Positions 37,509-50,207 of a DNA stretch of 64,000 bases are shown in pieces. The position numbers were made by a program, and so were the translations under genes. Under the pieces are notes generated by a model that had not been told where the DNA came from, ran no database searches, and saw only the letters and a program-made list of their open reading frames with translations. Position 1 is the stretch's first letter. Each line of letters opens with the position of its first letter. Origin of the DNA: Octopus bimaculoides (Eukaryota); contig NC_068999.1 of NCBI RefSeq assembly GCF_001194135.2, positions 53,585,254 to 53,649,253 of the forward strand, in the 5' to 3' direction.

Positions 37509-37679
37509 TGCAGGCACAGTAGTGTGGTAAGTAGCTTGCTTACCAACCACATGGTTCCGGGTTCATTCCCACTGTGTGGCACCTTGGGCAAGTGTCTTCT
37601 ACTATAGCCTCGGGCCAACCAAAGCCTTGTGAGTGGATTTGGTAGACGGAAACTGAAAGAAGCCCGTCCTAAATATGTA

Positions 37680-37730
<51 letters not shown>

Positions 37731-37925
37731 ATTTGTGTCTGTGTTTGTCCCCCCACCATCGCTTGACAACCGATGCTGGTGTGTCTATGTCCCCATAACT
37801 TAGCAGTTCGGCAAAAGAGAATAAGTACTAGGCTTACAAAGAATAAGTCCTGGAGTCGATTTGCTTGATTAAAGGTGGTGCTCCAGTATGGCCGCAGTCA
37901 AATGACTGAAGCAAGTAAAAGAGTG
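37509..37925 (+). mobile_element. SINE family A, near-complete young copy
   Basis: tRNA-like head with B-box ggttcattccc, gtggcaccttgggcaagtg core, internal (TA)n(TG)n, tail ending gaagcaagtaaaagag; CpGs largely retained. Confidence 0.9.
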
Positions 37926-39321
37926 AAGCCTGGTGCAGTCTCCTGGCTTGCCAGCTCCTGCCAAACTTTCCAACCCATGCCAGCATGACAAACGGACGTT
38001 AAATCATGATATATTATACATATACACACAGGTATCCCATGGTTTGCATAGTAGATTTTTTTCTGTCAATCCACTGTACAAATTGAATTTGTGTAAATCG
38101 AAGGGTATGAATTTTATTGATATTATGCACAAATAGATTTTCGACCATTATTGAAATTGGGATACATAAGCAGATGCATCTGTGTCTGTGTTCATATTTA
38201 TGCCTGTGTGAAAACCACTGTTTGAGAAATGGAAATCAATGAAATAAGTATCATCAGACTTGTATATATTACTGTGGTCAATATTATCAACTAAAACCTT
38301 TGAAAGCATTTTTTTTTTCTGCCTCACTGTATTACATTTGCAATACCCTACTGTATCCATATTTAGTATGCAGAAGTGAAATGAAAGGAAAATGAGAAAC
38401 TGAAATGGAAAAATCGAAATGAAGAGGTGTTTGTAAATATAAGATAAAAAAAAAAAGAAAAATAATAAATACCATATTTGATAGCATATAAAATGCACTA
38501 TTTAAAAAAAAAAAAGTCTCACCACCCTCCCTTATTCAGTATGCTAATTTAGGCCTATGTTACATGCTTAAATGCACTAAAAACTTATTCACTGAATAAT
38601 ATTTGCATTCCTCAGCAAACCTGAGTCCTGGTTGTGTACTATTGAGGTTGCCATGCAGTTCGCAGAACTATGAGCCCTGGAGGGTGAAGGTCAGCCTCAT
38701 TCTTAGGAATAAAGGAATAAATGAGAGAGGGACAAAGCAGGTTTCTGCAAAGAGACCTGCATGGTTACTCACATCCAGTATAAAAAAAATAAGGGGAAGC
38801 AGGGAAATGTTTAGTGGTAGCTGCACAGCACAGAATGGTTTTAAGGTGCTTAGGTGGCCCAAAAGGCAAACACTCAGTAGAAGTGGATGGTTAGGTGTGT
38901 GGGTTGTTTCTAAGATTGTATGGGAAGGTGAATGAGTGGTGATGGCAGAAGCAGACTACCAAAATGGGTAGGGTTGAAGGGAAGATGAGACAAGAATCAA
39001 GAGCTGGAGATAATGAGAGATGCAGAAGAGGGGACGGGGAGAGCAGCCAGCTACAGAAATAGTATAAAGATGATACAGTTGCTAGTAAGCAAAGGGGAGA
39101 GGTGATATAGTGCATGAGGGGAGGAAGAGAGAGTCACTGTAAGGACACTGCCTTGAAGAATTGTAGTCGAATTTATTGACACCAGTACTTATTATTTTTT
39201 TTGTAAAGCCTGGCACTTATTCTATCAGTCCCTTTTGCTGAACTGCTGGGGACAAACATCAATACTGGTTGTCAAGCGGTGGAAGTGGAAAAACATGTAC
39301 ACAAAGACACACACATGTATG

Positions 39322-39353
<32 letters not shown>

Positions 39354-42300
39354 TATATAGATATATATATATATATACATATGGTGGGCTTCTTTCATGC
39401 TGGATTTAGTGTATTTTGATATAATCAACTGTTTTCCTCTCCCAGTTAGTGTTCTTGTACTTATGCTAGAAAAACATTATTGAGCCATTCTTGCATGATG
39501 TACTTGATAGTCAGAGGCATAAATTATGAAATATCTAAGTCATAAATCTTGAATATTTACAAGAATTGTATCGATTCATTTTTCAATTGCTGGGCATGTA
39601 TTAAACAAAAATATTTTTACCGGGGATGTATTGCCAAATTTTTTTAAGGTTGTCCAAAAAGTGTGATGTACGTGACATTGCACCAAATAGCATTTTTTAC
39701 CTGCTAATTCCTCTGAATTTCTCTAGAGTAGCATAAAAAACCTTGTGGTGTTTATTTACATTGATCTTGAAATTTCAAATAATGATAATGGGTTTGCTGG
39801 ACAACCATGTCTGTGGCCACAATTCTCATTTACCTAGTGTGACTTGCTTGACTAAAATGGATAAGACATTTTTGAGACAAATATTTTTCTATATCTTCCA
39901 AATTGTGTTGATGTGGAAGGAATTGTCCCAATGTCGATGACTGGTCAAAAATTAACCATTATTACATAACTTTACTGGCATATAATGATTTTTCACAAAA
40001 AGACCCTATTATCTTGATACTGTGTAACACCTAGGTTATCAGAGATAACCTGGTTATCTCTGATTAAGCTGAACTATCATCAAAGACAGTCCATCCATGA
40101 CTATCTCATCTTTTTTTGTTTATATCAGGAACTACATTGTCCAGTGAGCTTTTCTTTGTTTAAGAAGTAGGATGAGATCTAAGGGAGATTTGGCTGCTAT
40201 TTCTACCAGATAAACATTCTCCTGTTGGCTCACAACTCTTTATTATTTATCATAGTGAATGATCGACAGAATTGGTAGAGTGCCAGAAAAGCTGTCTTAT
40301 GGTATTTGTTTATATTGCTGTACAATTTTTTCTTTCGTTCTTCCGCATTCAATAAAATGACACTCAGCAAGTACCGGAGTTGATCGAGACAACAAAGAGA
40401 GCCATTCAAAACGTCTCTCAATTTGCTAGAAATAGCTGCCAAATCTTCAAATCTGATAACACAAGTACCAGTAATATTCCTCGCATTAGCTCAGTCATTT
40501 TATCTCATCTAGTTAAATACTAGCTTTGAATCTGATGAAAATGAATCCTTGTTATGCTGTGGAAGGCAGTGAGCTGGCAGAGTCATCATTAGCTCACCAG
40601 ACAAAACACTCAGTGGCATTTCATCTGCCTTTCATCTTTTCAGGGTCAAGAAAATAAGTACAAGTTGAGCACTAGGGTCTATGTAATCAATTAGCCCCCT
40701 CCCAGGCCTTATGCCTGTAGTAGAAAGGATTATCATCATTTCTGATTTAGCTAAATCTTAAAGGTTACAATCAGTTTTGAAACCTATAAGATTTGGAAGG
40801 AGTTAGTAAAATAACCAATTGCTTTTTTAAAAATATTTTTAATGTTTTTCATTAATATATTGGTGCAGATATGGATGTTTGTTTCCCAACCACATAGTTT
40901 AAGGTTCAGTCCCACTGTGTGGCACTTTGGGCAAGTAGTGTCTTCTGCCATTGCCCCATGCCAACCAATGCCGTATGAGTGGACTCAGTAGATGGGAACT
41001 GAAAGAAACCTGTTGTGCATATGTAAATGTGTGTAAGCACATGTGCCTTTTTGTCTTGTCATTGTGTGATTGTTGTAACTAAATGTCATTCATTTCCAAT
41101 ATTCTGTGTGGTTGTGGGAAACATTGGTTTCGAGTTTTGGCACAAGGCCAGTCATTTTGGGGGAGGGCAAAGTCGATTAATTGCCCCCAGTATTCAACTG
41201 GTACTTATTTTATCGATCCTGAAAGGATGAAAGGCAAAGTTGACCATGACAGAATTTGAACCCAGAAAACAAAGATGGACGAAATGCTGCTAAGCATTTT
41301 GCCCAGTGTTCTAATGATTCTGCCAGCTTGACACCTTGGCCATGGGAAATATTACACTGCTTTCTTGCTTGGAAACAGGTGAGGTTTGACAGCAGAAAGG
41401 GTCCCTGGCTGTAGAAAATCTGCTTCAGTAAACTCTGTCTAACCCATGGGAAAGTGGATGTTGAAATGATAATGATGATGATGAAGCTGGTGTTTGGAAT
41501 ATGGTTAATAGGAAGGTTGTTTATTATGTAGAAATTGTTGCAAGCTTTTCATTAATATTTGAATCTTTACAAAACAAGAAGTTATGTATCACAGAACTAA
41601 GGATGGCTTCTGACAGGTTGGCATTAAAGTGGGGGTTAAAAAAGACTAACAAATAGACTGAAAGGGAGAATCTAGGGAACTTCTCTGTGAGTTGAGAATT
41701 GCTAGCATTTGTCAGCATCCGACTATGGGAAGAAAGTGATGTCATTCAGAACTCATTACCATCATAACAATCATCATCGTCAACATTCAGTTTGTGAATG
41801 ATTTTGTTACTTGGAATTCTAGATTGGTTTCTAATCAATAATCCTATTGACTCCCCCCCCCCATGACATACTACACCATTCAACCATCTCTTTCATCTCT
41901 CTTCCTCCTGTTTGATTGCTATTCCCATCCATTCAATGCTAAATTTATTTCAATTTATTTTTTTTCAAAGCAAAATAACCATCTTTAATTCCTTCTTCTC
42001 TCCTGTCCACCCCATCTCCCNNNNNNNNNNACTTGAACCCCCACCACCTCCATCTTCCTCACTTCTGCTCTTTTTTAGCAACAAAAGAGAAAATAAAACA
42101 AAAACAGCAAAAAAAAAACCCTAATAAAACAAAGTAAATAGCAGAAACATATCTTTAAGTAACTGATTTGAGAAAGAAGGACATAAAGGCAGTATAATTG
42201 GAATGGTAAAAGGTTAGTGATGCCCGGGAAGTGACAGATAGGTGGTTCAAATCTTGTTGGTGGTCTTGCTTCTCTCTTTTTGCAGGTGGACGTTTTATCA

Positions 42301-42454
42301 TGTCTGCTCATTACAGAAATGTAGCTGATGGGGTGGTGGTGGAGAGAAGCAGGGTGGTTTGCCCTGGGCAATGCTTTTATTGGGGCAGCATTTTTGGTCT
42401 GGTTGTGTAAGCCTGCACAGGTGTCATGGGATGGAAGGGGAGCAAACTCTTTTT

Positions 42455-42990
42455 ATTTTACTTGTATCAGTCATTAGATTGCAGCCATGCTGCAGCACCA
42501 ACCTGAAGGATTTTAGTCAAACAAATTGACCCCCAGTATTTATTTTGTTAAGCCTGGTGCTTAATCTATCGGTCTCTTCTGCTAAACTGCTAAGTCATGG
42601 CGACATAAATATACCAACACCAGTTGCCAAACAATGGTGAGAGACAAACACACACACATTCAACAGGCTTCTTTCAGTTCCCATCTATCAAATCCACTCA
42701 CAAGGCTCTGGTCAGCCTTGGGTTATATAGAAGACGCTTGTGAAAGAGCCACTCAGTGGGACTCCTGGAGTCATGGAGCTGGGAAGCAAACTTCTTAGCA
42801 CACAGACACAAAGGTACACACACATACACACACATATACAATGGGCTTCTTTCAGTTTCCATCTACCAAATCCACTTGCAAGGCTTTGGTTGGCTCAAGG
42901 CTATAGTAGAAGACACTTGCCCAAGGTATCACGCAGTGGGACTGAACCCAGGATCATGTGATTGCTAAGCAAGCTTCTAGTCACACAAAC
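42455..42990 (-). mobile_element. SINE family A with two tandem head/core segments (about 42660-42800 and 42840-42990)
   Basis: ggcttctttcagtt(c/t)ccatcta..aaatccact...aaggct occurs twice after one tail. Confidence 0.75.
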
Positions 42991-43019
42991 ATGCCTGCAC
43001 ATTGTTTTGAACTAATCAT

Positions 43020-43149
43020 ACATTATCTAATAGCTTTCAAATTTTGATGATGCAATTGTATATGTTTTAGTATGACGTTCTAGAGCAGATGTGAGAGGCC
43101 AAATCTCGATAGTTTGAGCATAAAACTGGTTTAAATGCTAAAGGGTTAA
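43020..43149. mobile_element. Possible piggyBac-type element end about 70 nt upstream of TMEM35 exon 2
   Basis: Ends in aaaggg|ttaa (reverse complement TTAA-CCCTTT); the partner end was not found. Confidence 0.3.
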
Positions 43150-43218
43150 TGTTTAGCTGTAAATTAACCAAACTTTTTTTCTGTTTTCTTATTTCTTTCA
43201 TCTGAATCTTTATTGCAG

Positions 43219-43354
43219 AGAAAAACTTTCATACGAAGAGCTAAAGTATTCCCATTAGTGAAACAGACAGGATGGAAACCAAACCCTCATTTTTACAGAA
43301 AGGTTATTGGCACTGTGGAGGTTATTAGTGGCGTCACCTTGCTAGCTATTCCAG
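43219..43354 (+). CDS. TMEM35: TMEM35/NACHO exon 2: RKTFIRRAKVFPLVKQTGWKPNPHFYRKVIGTVEVISGVTLLAIP(G)
   Basis: Long pyrimidine tract plus ttgcag acceptor; donor CAG|gtatga; phase 0 to 1. Confidence 0.93.
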
Positions 43355-43700
43355 GTATGAGGATCTCTGTTACCTTCACTTTTATCAAATGGTGGCTTCT
43401 TAACTTGTTTGTATAATGGTATGAAATGTGGACTTGAATTACATCTTGTTTCTTTGGCCATCACCAATTGTTGGCAGACCATACATGTAGCAACTAAACC
43501 ATTCCAGCAATGAATTCCCAGGAATTATTGCACACGCACACACACATACATTCCCACTATCCTCTCCTCATTTCTGTACTCCCCATTCTCTCTTTCTCTC
43601 TCTTTTTCTTTCTCTCACCTTAACTCTCTTTCTCTATGGTTTTGCTTTCCTTTTTCTTAGATGTCTTCCAACTGACTAATTGTAAGATTTAATTGAATAC

Positions 43701-43742
<42 letters not shown>

Positions 43743-44674
43743 TACATATGTGTGTATGTATAGAGATAGCTGTGTGGTTAAGCTGTTTGCTTTGAAAGCA
43801 CATGGTTTTGGGTTTAGCCACACTGTGTGGTATTGTTTATTCAGTATCTAATATAGCCCCAGACCAACCAAAGCCTTGTGTATGTGTTTGAGTGGACATA
43901 GGTTTGTCTTTCCTTGTCTTGACATCACATGATAATTGTAAGTGAGTGTCACTGTCAACTGGTATGTTGGAAACATATAACCAATAATACAGTTGTTTAC
44001 TTATAGCAATATAAAATCCCTGATTAAGCAGACATGATCAGTGGTAATCCATATGTGATCATCTCATCTTTCTTGAGAATAGTTCAATGTGTCCTATTTT
44101 AAGTGGGTAGGTGTAATTTGAAGGACATTTGGCTCCTCAACTGTATGGTTTCAGCTTCAGTTCCACTGCATGGCAGCTAGGACAAGAATCTTCTATTTGA
44201 GCTCCGGCCAACCAAAGCCTTGTGAGTGGATTTGGTGGACAGAAGCTGAAAGAAGCCCATCGTGTATGTATACTTATATGTATATAATGTGTGTGTGTGA
44301 ATTACAGGCACAACAGAAACAGAAAGTAAGAGAAAGTTGTGGTGAAAGAGTACAGCAGGGTTCGCCACCATCCCCTGCCGGAGCCTCGTGGAGCTTTAGG
44401 TGTTTTCGCTCAATAAACACTCACAATACCCGGTCTGGGAATCGAAACCNNNNNNNNNNNNNNNNNNNNNNNNNNNNNNNNNNNNNNNNNNNNNNNNNNN
44501 NNNNNNNNNNNNNNNNNNNNNNNNNNNNNNNNNNNNNNNNNNNNNNNNNNNNNNNNNNNNNNNNNNNNNNNNNNNNNNNNNNNNNNNNNNNNNNNNNNNN
44601 NNNNNNNNNNNNNNNNNNNNNNNNNNNNNNNNNNNNNNNNNNNNNNNNNNNNNNNNNNNNNNNNNNNNNTTCAG

Positions 44675-44907
44675 GGAGCTTGAAGCAAGTTGCAAATGTA
44701 TCGCTGCTGTTGATTATGTTGAGTGATATCTACACCCATTATGCTCTTGATGAGGGGCTGGAGAGAATGAGCCCGGCAATTGTGTTCGCTTTGCTCCTCT
44801 CCTGCCGCCTCATCATTCACCTGCAACTCCGTGCTAGGGAAGGTGCCGCCACCAACAGCACTGTCAGAAGACCTTCTACATCACAATTCACAAAGAAAGT
44901 AGAATAG
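44675..44907 (+). CDS. TMEM35: TMEM35/NACHO exon 3: (G)SLKQVANVSLLLIMLSDIYTHYALDEGLERMSPAIVFALLLSCRLIIHLQLRAREGAATNSTVRRPSTSQFTKKVE*
   Basis: Acceptor ttcag (44670-44674) directly after an N-gap, so the rest of the pyrimidine tract is not visible; phase 1 fits exon 2; TAG at 44905-44907. Confidence 0.9.
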
Positions 44908-44932
44908 ACACATTGACAAAAACACAAGCATA

Positions 44933-44938
44933 AATAAA
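44933..44938 (+). terminator. Candidate polyadenylation signal AATAAA of TMEM35
   Basis: First AATAAA 26 nt after the stop, followed by a genomic A-run and T-rich sequence; further AATAAA copies downstream are alternatives. Confidence 0.3.
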
Positions 44939-45777
44939 CAAATTAACAAAAAAAAAAAATCCATATAATAATCGAACCATTCATACCTGCAGAGAAAACT
45001 GTTGAGTTTTTCTTTTCTGTTTTTTCCCATTTCTGTATATTTTTTTTGTTTTTGTAATTTCTTTTTGTATTATAATATTTGTGATTTTTTTCTTACTTGT
45101 TTTCTAAACTCCTGTTAAAATATACAAAAATAAATATATGAAAGGTAAAAACAATAAAATTAGACAAGAAGAGGGAAAAGAAAAAGAAAAAAAATACGCA
45201 ATTTCAGTAAGAAACTTCTTGTATTGTTCAACCACTCAAATCCCCTTTCCCACCCCTCTCACTGAAAGAAAAAGAAAAATCAATTGTTGTTAAAACATAA
45301 ATTATTTATTATCATCATCACAAAGGGGAGTGAATTTTAAGTCAGAATCAGTAGAGCAATTGACAAAATGCCGTGTGGTTTTTAGTTGCATCACTTTACA
45401 TTCTCGACTTAAATCCTGCCTAAGTCAACTTTTCCTTTACCTGTCATCCTTCTGTGTGTGGGTGGGTGGTAGGTATCAATAAAATAAAGTACCAGTTATG
45501 AACTGGGGTTGATATTTATCAACTGTTCAGTTTTTTCCCCTCTCCCTTTTATTCCTGGCTTTGTGCCTGTATTAGGATAACAAACAAACAGTATTATTGT
45601 CATCATCATTAATATAAGTATGGCAAAGAATATTGACAAAAATGCCCTTTTTTTGTTTGTATTTTAAATTTCTTCTGTCTTTTTTAAAGAATAAAGTCGA
45701 CATAACTTAGGTAATGTTGAATACAGAGTCATTTTTATGTGTCTGTTTGTTGATATTTTATTTTTCAAGGTCTATAT

Positions 45778-46031
45778 CAATGGTTCCCAGCCAGGGTCCA
45801 TATGGCCCTTGGTGGTCCATATAAGATTTTGTTGTTAAAAATTATGTGCAATAAATCAGATATACCTCTACAACACAAAATATTTTAACAATTTTTTTAT
45901 GCAGTTCTTTATAATATTCAATTATAAAAATATGATAGGATTTTTTTAAACATCTAATGGCTATGAGAGTCCATCTGAGTAAAATAGGGATCCAAGGGGG
46001 TCCATAGGTGAAAAATGGTTGAGAATCACAG
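45778..46031. mobile_element. Second, older copy of the 36677-36897 hAT MITE, in opposite orientation
   Basis: Degenerate TIRs (caatggttccca / gagaatcacag); internal segments are the reverse complement of the first copy (ccatataagattttg..gttaaaa); TSD gtctatat / gtgtagat (6/8). Confidence 0.7.
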
Positions 46032-46682
46032 GTGTAGATAAACATGTCTGATTGATTAAGAACTTGAGGTACCTTGGGAAAAGATGTCTTGTGTCAAATC
46101 ATGTCAACCCAAACATTGTCAGTGAAATAGACGAACAATCCACACAATTTCAAAGGATTAGTCTTGACACACATACTGTCATGCTAAATCTGTCCGAAGA
46201 TTAGGCCACAGGTACAAGCGTCTGTGGAATATTGTGGTACAAAGCTGTATGGCAAGACGTTTGCTTCCCAACCACATGGTTACAGGTTCTGTCCTACTGT
46301 GTCACCTTGGGCCAGTATCTTCTTCTGTTTCACTTGATTGACCAAAAAGCTTTGTGAGTGGATTTGGTTGACAGAAATTGAAAGAAGCCTGTTGTGTGTG
46401 TGTGTCCACTTGTCTTGACATCATGCAATAGTTGTAAAATGGTTGTCAGTGCAGTGTCATTCATTTCCAATATTCTGTGAGAACATGTCTGACCTTGCAG
46501 AAATATTACCTTGTTTGGAAACAGGTATGGGTTGGTGACAAGAAGGGCATCCAGCTGTAGAAAACCTGCCTCAGTAAACACCATCTGATCCACACAAGAA
46601 TGCAAAGTGGACATTGAAATGATGATGATATAATATATATATATAAAGAATATGAGGGGTTTAGTTCACTGATGATCTAAAC

Positions 46683-47005
46683 CTGGCCAACTTGAATTAC
46701 ATTGCAGGCCACTTTAATTACAGAGAGTTTTTTGAGAGCCGCTTGTATACGGACAGAATTGAAATCATTTTGCTTTCTTGTGCTATTATTACAATAATGA
46801 ATGAATGATCGTTGATTGAACATGAAATATTGTTGCAAAGACAGTAGTATCTTTCTTTTTTACTTTTCATTACAATCTTGAACTTTTGGTAAAATTTTAA
46901 AAATACTTGTTTAAATAAACCCATTTCAAGAAAGTATCAAGTGGACAACAAGATAAAAGTCTGCGGGCCGCATGTGGCCCATGGGCCTCAGGTTGGCCAG
47001 CCCGG
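46683..47005. mobile_element. hAT-type MITE, different family; left TIR appears to lack its first 5 nt or so
   Basis: ctggccaac ... gttggccagcccgg; subterminal gcgggccgcatgtggccc; flanking direct repeat ATCTAAAC (46675-46682 and 47006-47013). Confidence 0.65.
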
Positions 47006-47349
47006 ATCTAAACCAATAGGTACGCTGCATAAGTGCTATAATTGGTCATCCGTTAGGTTCCAAATTGACAGCTGAGGCTGGCGCTAGGGATCTGTTTTGA
47101 ATGCTGATACCTACATATCATGTATATATATACACACACACACACACACATATAGGCAACCACCTACAGACAAATAACAACATGCTGTATAATAATAGAA
47201 CCAAGTCACTTGAGATACATTAGCACTGAAAGGTACACCATAAGTTGTATAGTATCTCACCTGTGAGGAATAGATACAAGTTGGGTCAAAACGATTATTG
47301 TGATTAATAAAAAATCTTGTGAATTCATTTTCTGTTTCTCTCATTTGTT

Positions 47350-47380
<31 letters not shown>

Positions 47381-47409
47381 AGCATGGGCATGAGCCAATG
47401 AGCAGCAGC

Positions 47410-47749
47410 ATGAGGGTGCATGGCTTAGTGGTTAGGGTATTTGGCTCATGATTGTAAGGTTGCAAGTTTGGTTCCTGGCAGTGTGTTGTGTCGTTGAGCA
47501 AGACTCTTTATTTCACTTTGCTCCAGTTCACTCAGCTGGAAAATATGAGTAGTTCCTGTATTTCAAAGGGCCAGCCTTGTCACATTCTGTGTCACACTGG
47601 ATCTCCCTTCAGAACTACATTAAGGGTACACACGTCTGTGGAGTGCTCAGCCACTTTCCTGTTAATTTCATGAATAGGCTGTTCCATTGATTGGATCAAC
47701 TGGAACCCTCACTGTTGTAAGTGATGGAGTGCCAAAAAAAAAAAAAAAA
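47410..47749 (+). mobile_element. Full-length SINE family C with oligo(A) tail, CpG-decayed
   Basis: A-box tggcttagtgg, degenerate B-box, central ttgtgtcgttgagcaagactc domain, A16 tail. Confidence 0.8.
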
Positions 47750-50207
47750 GCACCTAAATCTCCCTCACACCATACTTACACATACCTCAAGAATGCTGAT
47801 CTCATCTGATGGTTGCCCTTAACATTCCAGCAAGCAAAGTAATGCGTCAGCCTGCAGTCTAAAAGTCCACCATGCAAACTTGACAAATGCCCCACTAGGA
47901 GAGCAAGTGTATTGGACAGTGCAGATGCCTTAGCCATAGTTGTCATTCATTGCTGATGTGTAGAGTTCATGTTCAGAGTTTCAGAGGGAATACAAATTCA
48001 CATGTGATCTCTGATCACATGAACGCTCCCTGGTCACACCATATTTAGTTATATTCATATTTCATAATCCTGTTCCAGATATACAAAATGACTGGATGGT
48101 CACGACTGGGACATTTTTGCTCATAAGTTTACTGAGTCAGAGCTGACTTAGGGCCATACAACAACAACAACAAGAATATAGTCTTCTGTCCTTTATTCTC
48201 CTATAAATGTGAGGCTATGTACCTATTTAAAAATCTATATTCCAAATTCCATAGCCTGCATCGATGCCTGTGTCAGCTGCAGCCTTGGTAGCATCAGTGG
48301 CAGCTCGCTAAGCCTAATGTAAATCTCGCTATTAAAAGATGTTTCTTTCCATAGGAACAGAAAGCAATTTGTATCAAGTTCCTGAGACCCATTCTTGCTG
48401 TTCTTATCTGAATGAAATATCCAGTTCATGATCGTTATGTAGAAGGAGAAAAAAAGAACAACAACAAATAAATCAGCAAGAACAACAACAAATAAATAAA
48501 TAAACAATCCAGCATTGAATTCTGAGCAGATGCGATGTTATGAGAAGATTTCTCAGTCAGCTGTATAAGCAATTATTTTTGTCTCCTTTTTGTGTTACGT
48601 TAAAAAAAAGAAAAAAAAGAAGAGAGACTGAAACCCCCTCAAAATCTATTCTCTACTCTGTTTTTGCCTTTCCTTCCCTCTACTCTGTTATGTCATATCT
48701 TAGACATTTTTAGCATCAGCTGACTGTCTGTTTGTCTGCCTGTCTCTCTCTTCCTGTTTGTCTGTCAGTCTGTCTGTCTTTCTTTTCCTTTCTGTCTCTG
48801 TCCCTCTTTCTCTCTCAGACAATCTTCCTCTCTACTTCTACCTGCAACCCTGTCACCATCACTGCCGCCGCCACCACCAACAACAACAACAACATATCAA
48901 TACTTGTTCACAAACAAAAATACGTAATAATCACAACTTTCACCACTACCACCAGCACTGGTAGTGTCAGTGCCACTGCCACCACTCAACTATTACAAAT
49001 ACCACCACTTCAACCAATACAGCCACCATCACTACCATTACAGCCACTGCCACCACTCCAATTACCCTCACCACCAATATCACACTCACACACACACACA
49101 CACACACAATCAACCCACCAGCCACCACGGCAAGAAGCATCACTACGAAATTCAACCTCATCTTATTCAAAATCAAGATCACCTACTACCATCACCACCC
49201 TGTTCCCATCAGCACTATTACCACCACCACTACCACCATCAAGATTGCATCAACACTACCGTACCCTACAAACCTACATACCACCCTCCATAGCCGCTGC
49301 TAAGACCAGCAAAAAACTTTCCCTCCCCTCCCACCAATAAGCAAGACTGCCAAAAATATGTGATCCACCATCACACCACCACTACCATCACCATAGTTAC
49401 CACCACTGCTACAACCATCAGAATAATGAAAGGAAATATTTGTTTTCCAATCTTAATATTGCTATTTATCTTTTCCCAAAGATCTTTTACCATTTTATAT
49501 TTTGGTTAATTAAGCTAACAAAGAATAAGTCCTTGGGTCGATTTGCTCGACTAAAGGTGGTGCTCCAGCATGGCCGTAGTCAAATGACTGAAACAAGTAG
49601 AGAGAGTAAAGAATATGTATTCACAAAATAACAGAAGCAATAATTTTTGTGAAAACTAAATTTGGATTATCTCTGTTTTTGGCTGCATTTCATTCTAATT
49701 GGGGAATGATATAGCAATGACATTGGTGAGACAACAGCGACAATGGTGAGATAATGATACGAGATGATGAAAGTAATGAGGCAATAAGAACAGTGAGCCA
49801 GGCCCTTTAGCAGACTTTGGTGCCTGGGGGGAGCTTCAGGATATTCTGGGTTGGCACTAATTTGTAATAATGCTAAAGTGGAGTTTTGAAATATGTGTCC
49901 AGTCGAGAGAGACAACAGGGTAACGCCATTAGTAGGAGAGGTTGGGATGGTGAAAGGTGGGAGTAAAATGTAGTATCAGAATAAAAGAGGGGACACTAAG
50001 CTGAGTTAAGAGAAGTTAATATAAGTCAAAGCACTTACGAATAAATGAAAGAAAGTAACAATTGAGACACCGTCAACGTTTAACGTCCGCTTTCCATGCT
50101 GACGGGTTGGACGGTTTGACATGGAGCTGTCCAGACTCCAGTTATTTGTTGAGGCACGGTTTGTATGGTTGGATGCCCTTCCTAATGCCAACCACTTAAC
50201 AGGGTGT

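Larger units (their letters stand above)
33566..44907 (+). other. TMEM35: TMEM35/NACHO gene model (ER chaperone for nicotinic acetylcholine receptors), 3 coding exons, 159 aa
   Basis: 111+136+233 nt = 480 nt in one open frame; four hydrophobic segments; resembles human TMEM35A (LSVALGLFFVFMGTIKL...KDVANFFLLL...LVFGILLTCRL) and the fly orthologue (AKVFP, YRRTVG) as recalled. Confidence 0.92.

Noticed and set aside
37509-37600. tRNA genes at SINE heads (also about 36000-36055, 47410-47480 and 16771-16860)
   Set aside because: A- and B-box-like motifs are present, but I could not fold a full cloverleaf and the sequence continues into SINE body; these are tRNA-derived SINE heads.
44170-44674. 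N-terminal part of the 245-aa ORF 44170-44907
   Set aside because: It reads through SINE fragments and an N-gap; only 44675-44907 is real coding sequence.
48732-49340. 202-aa Thr/Pro/His-rich ORF downstream of NACHO
   Set aside because: Built from CAC/CAT/CT simple repeats with no recognisable domain.
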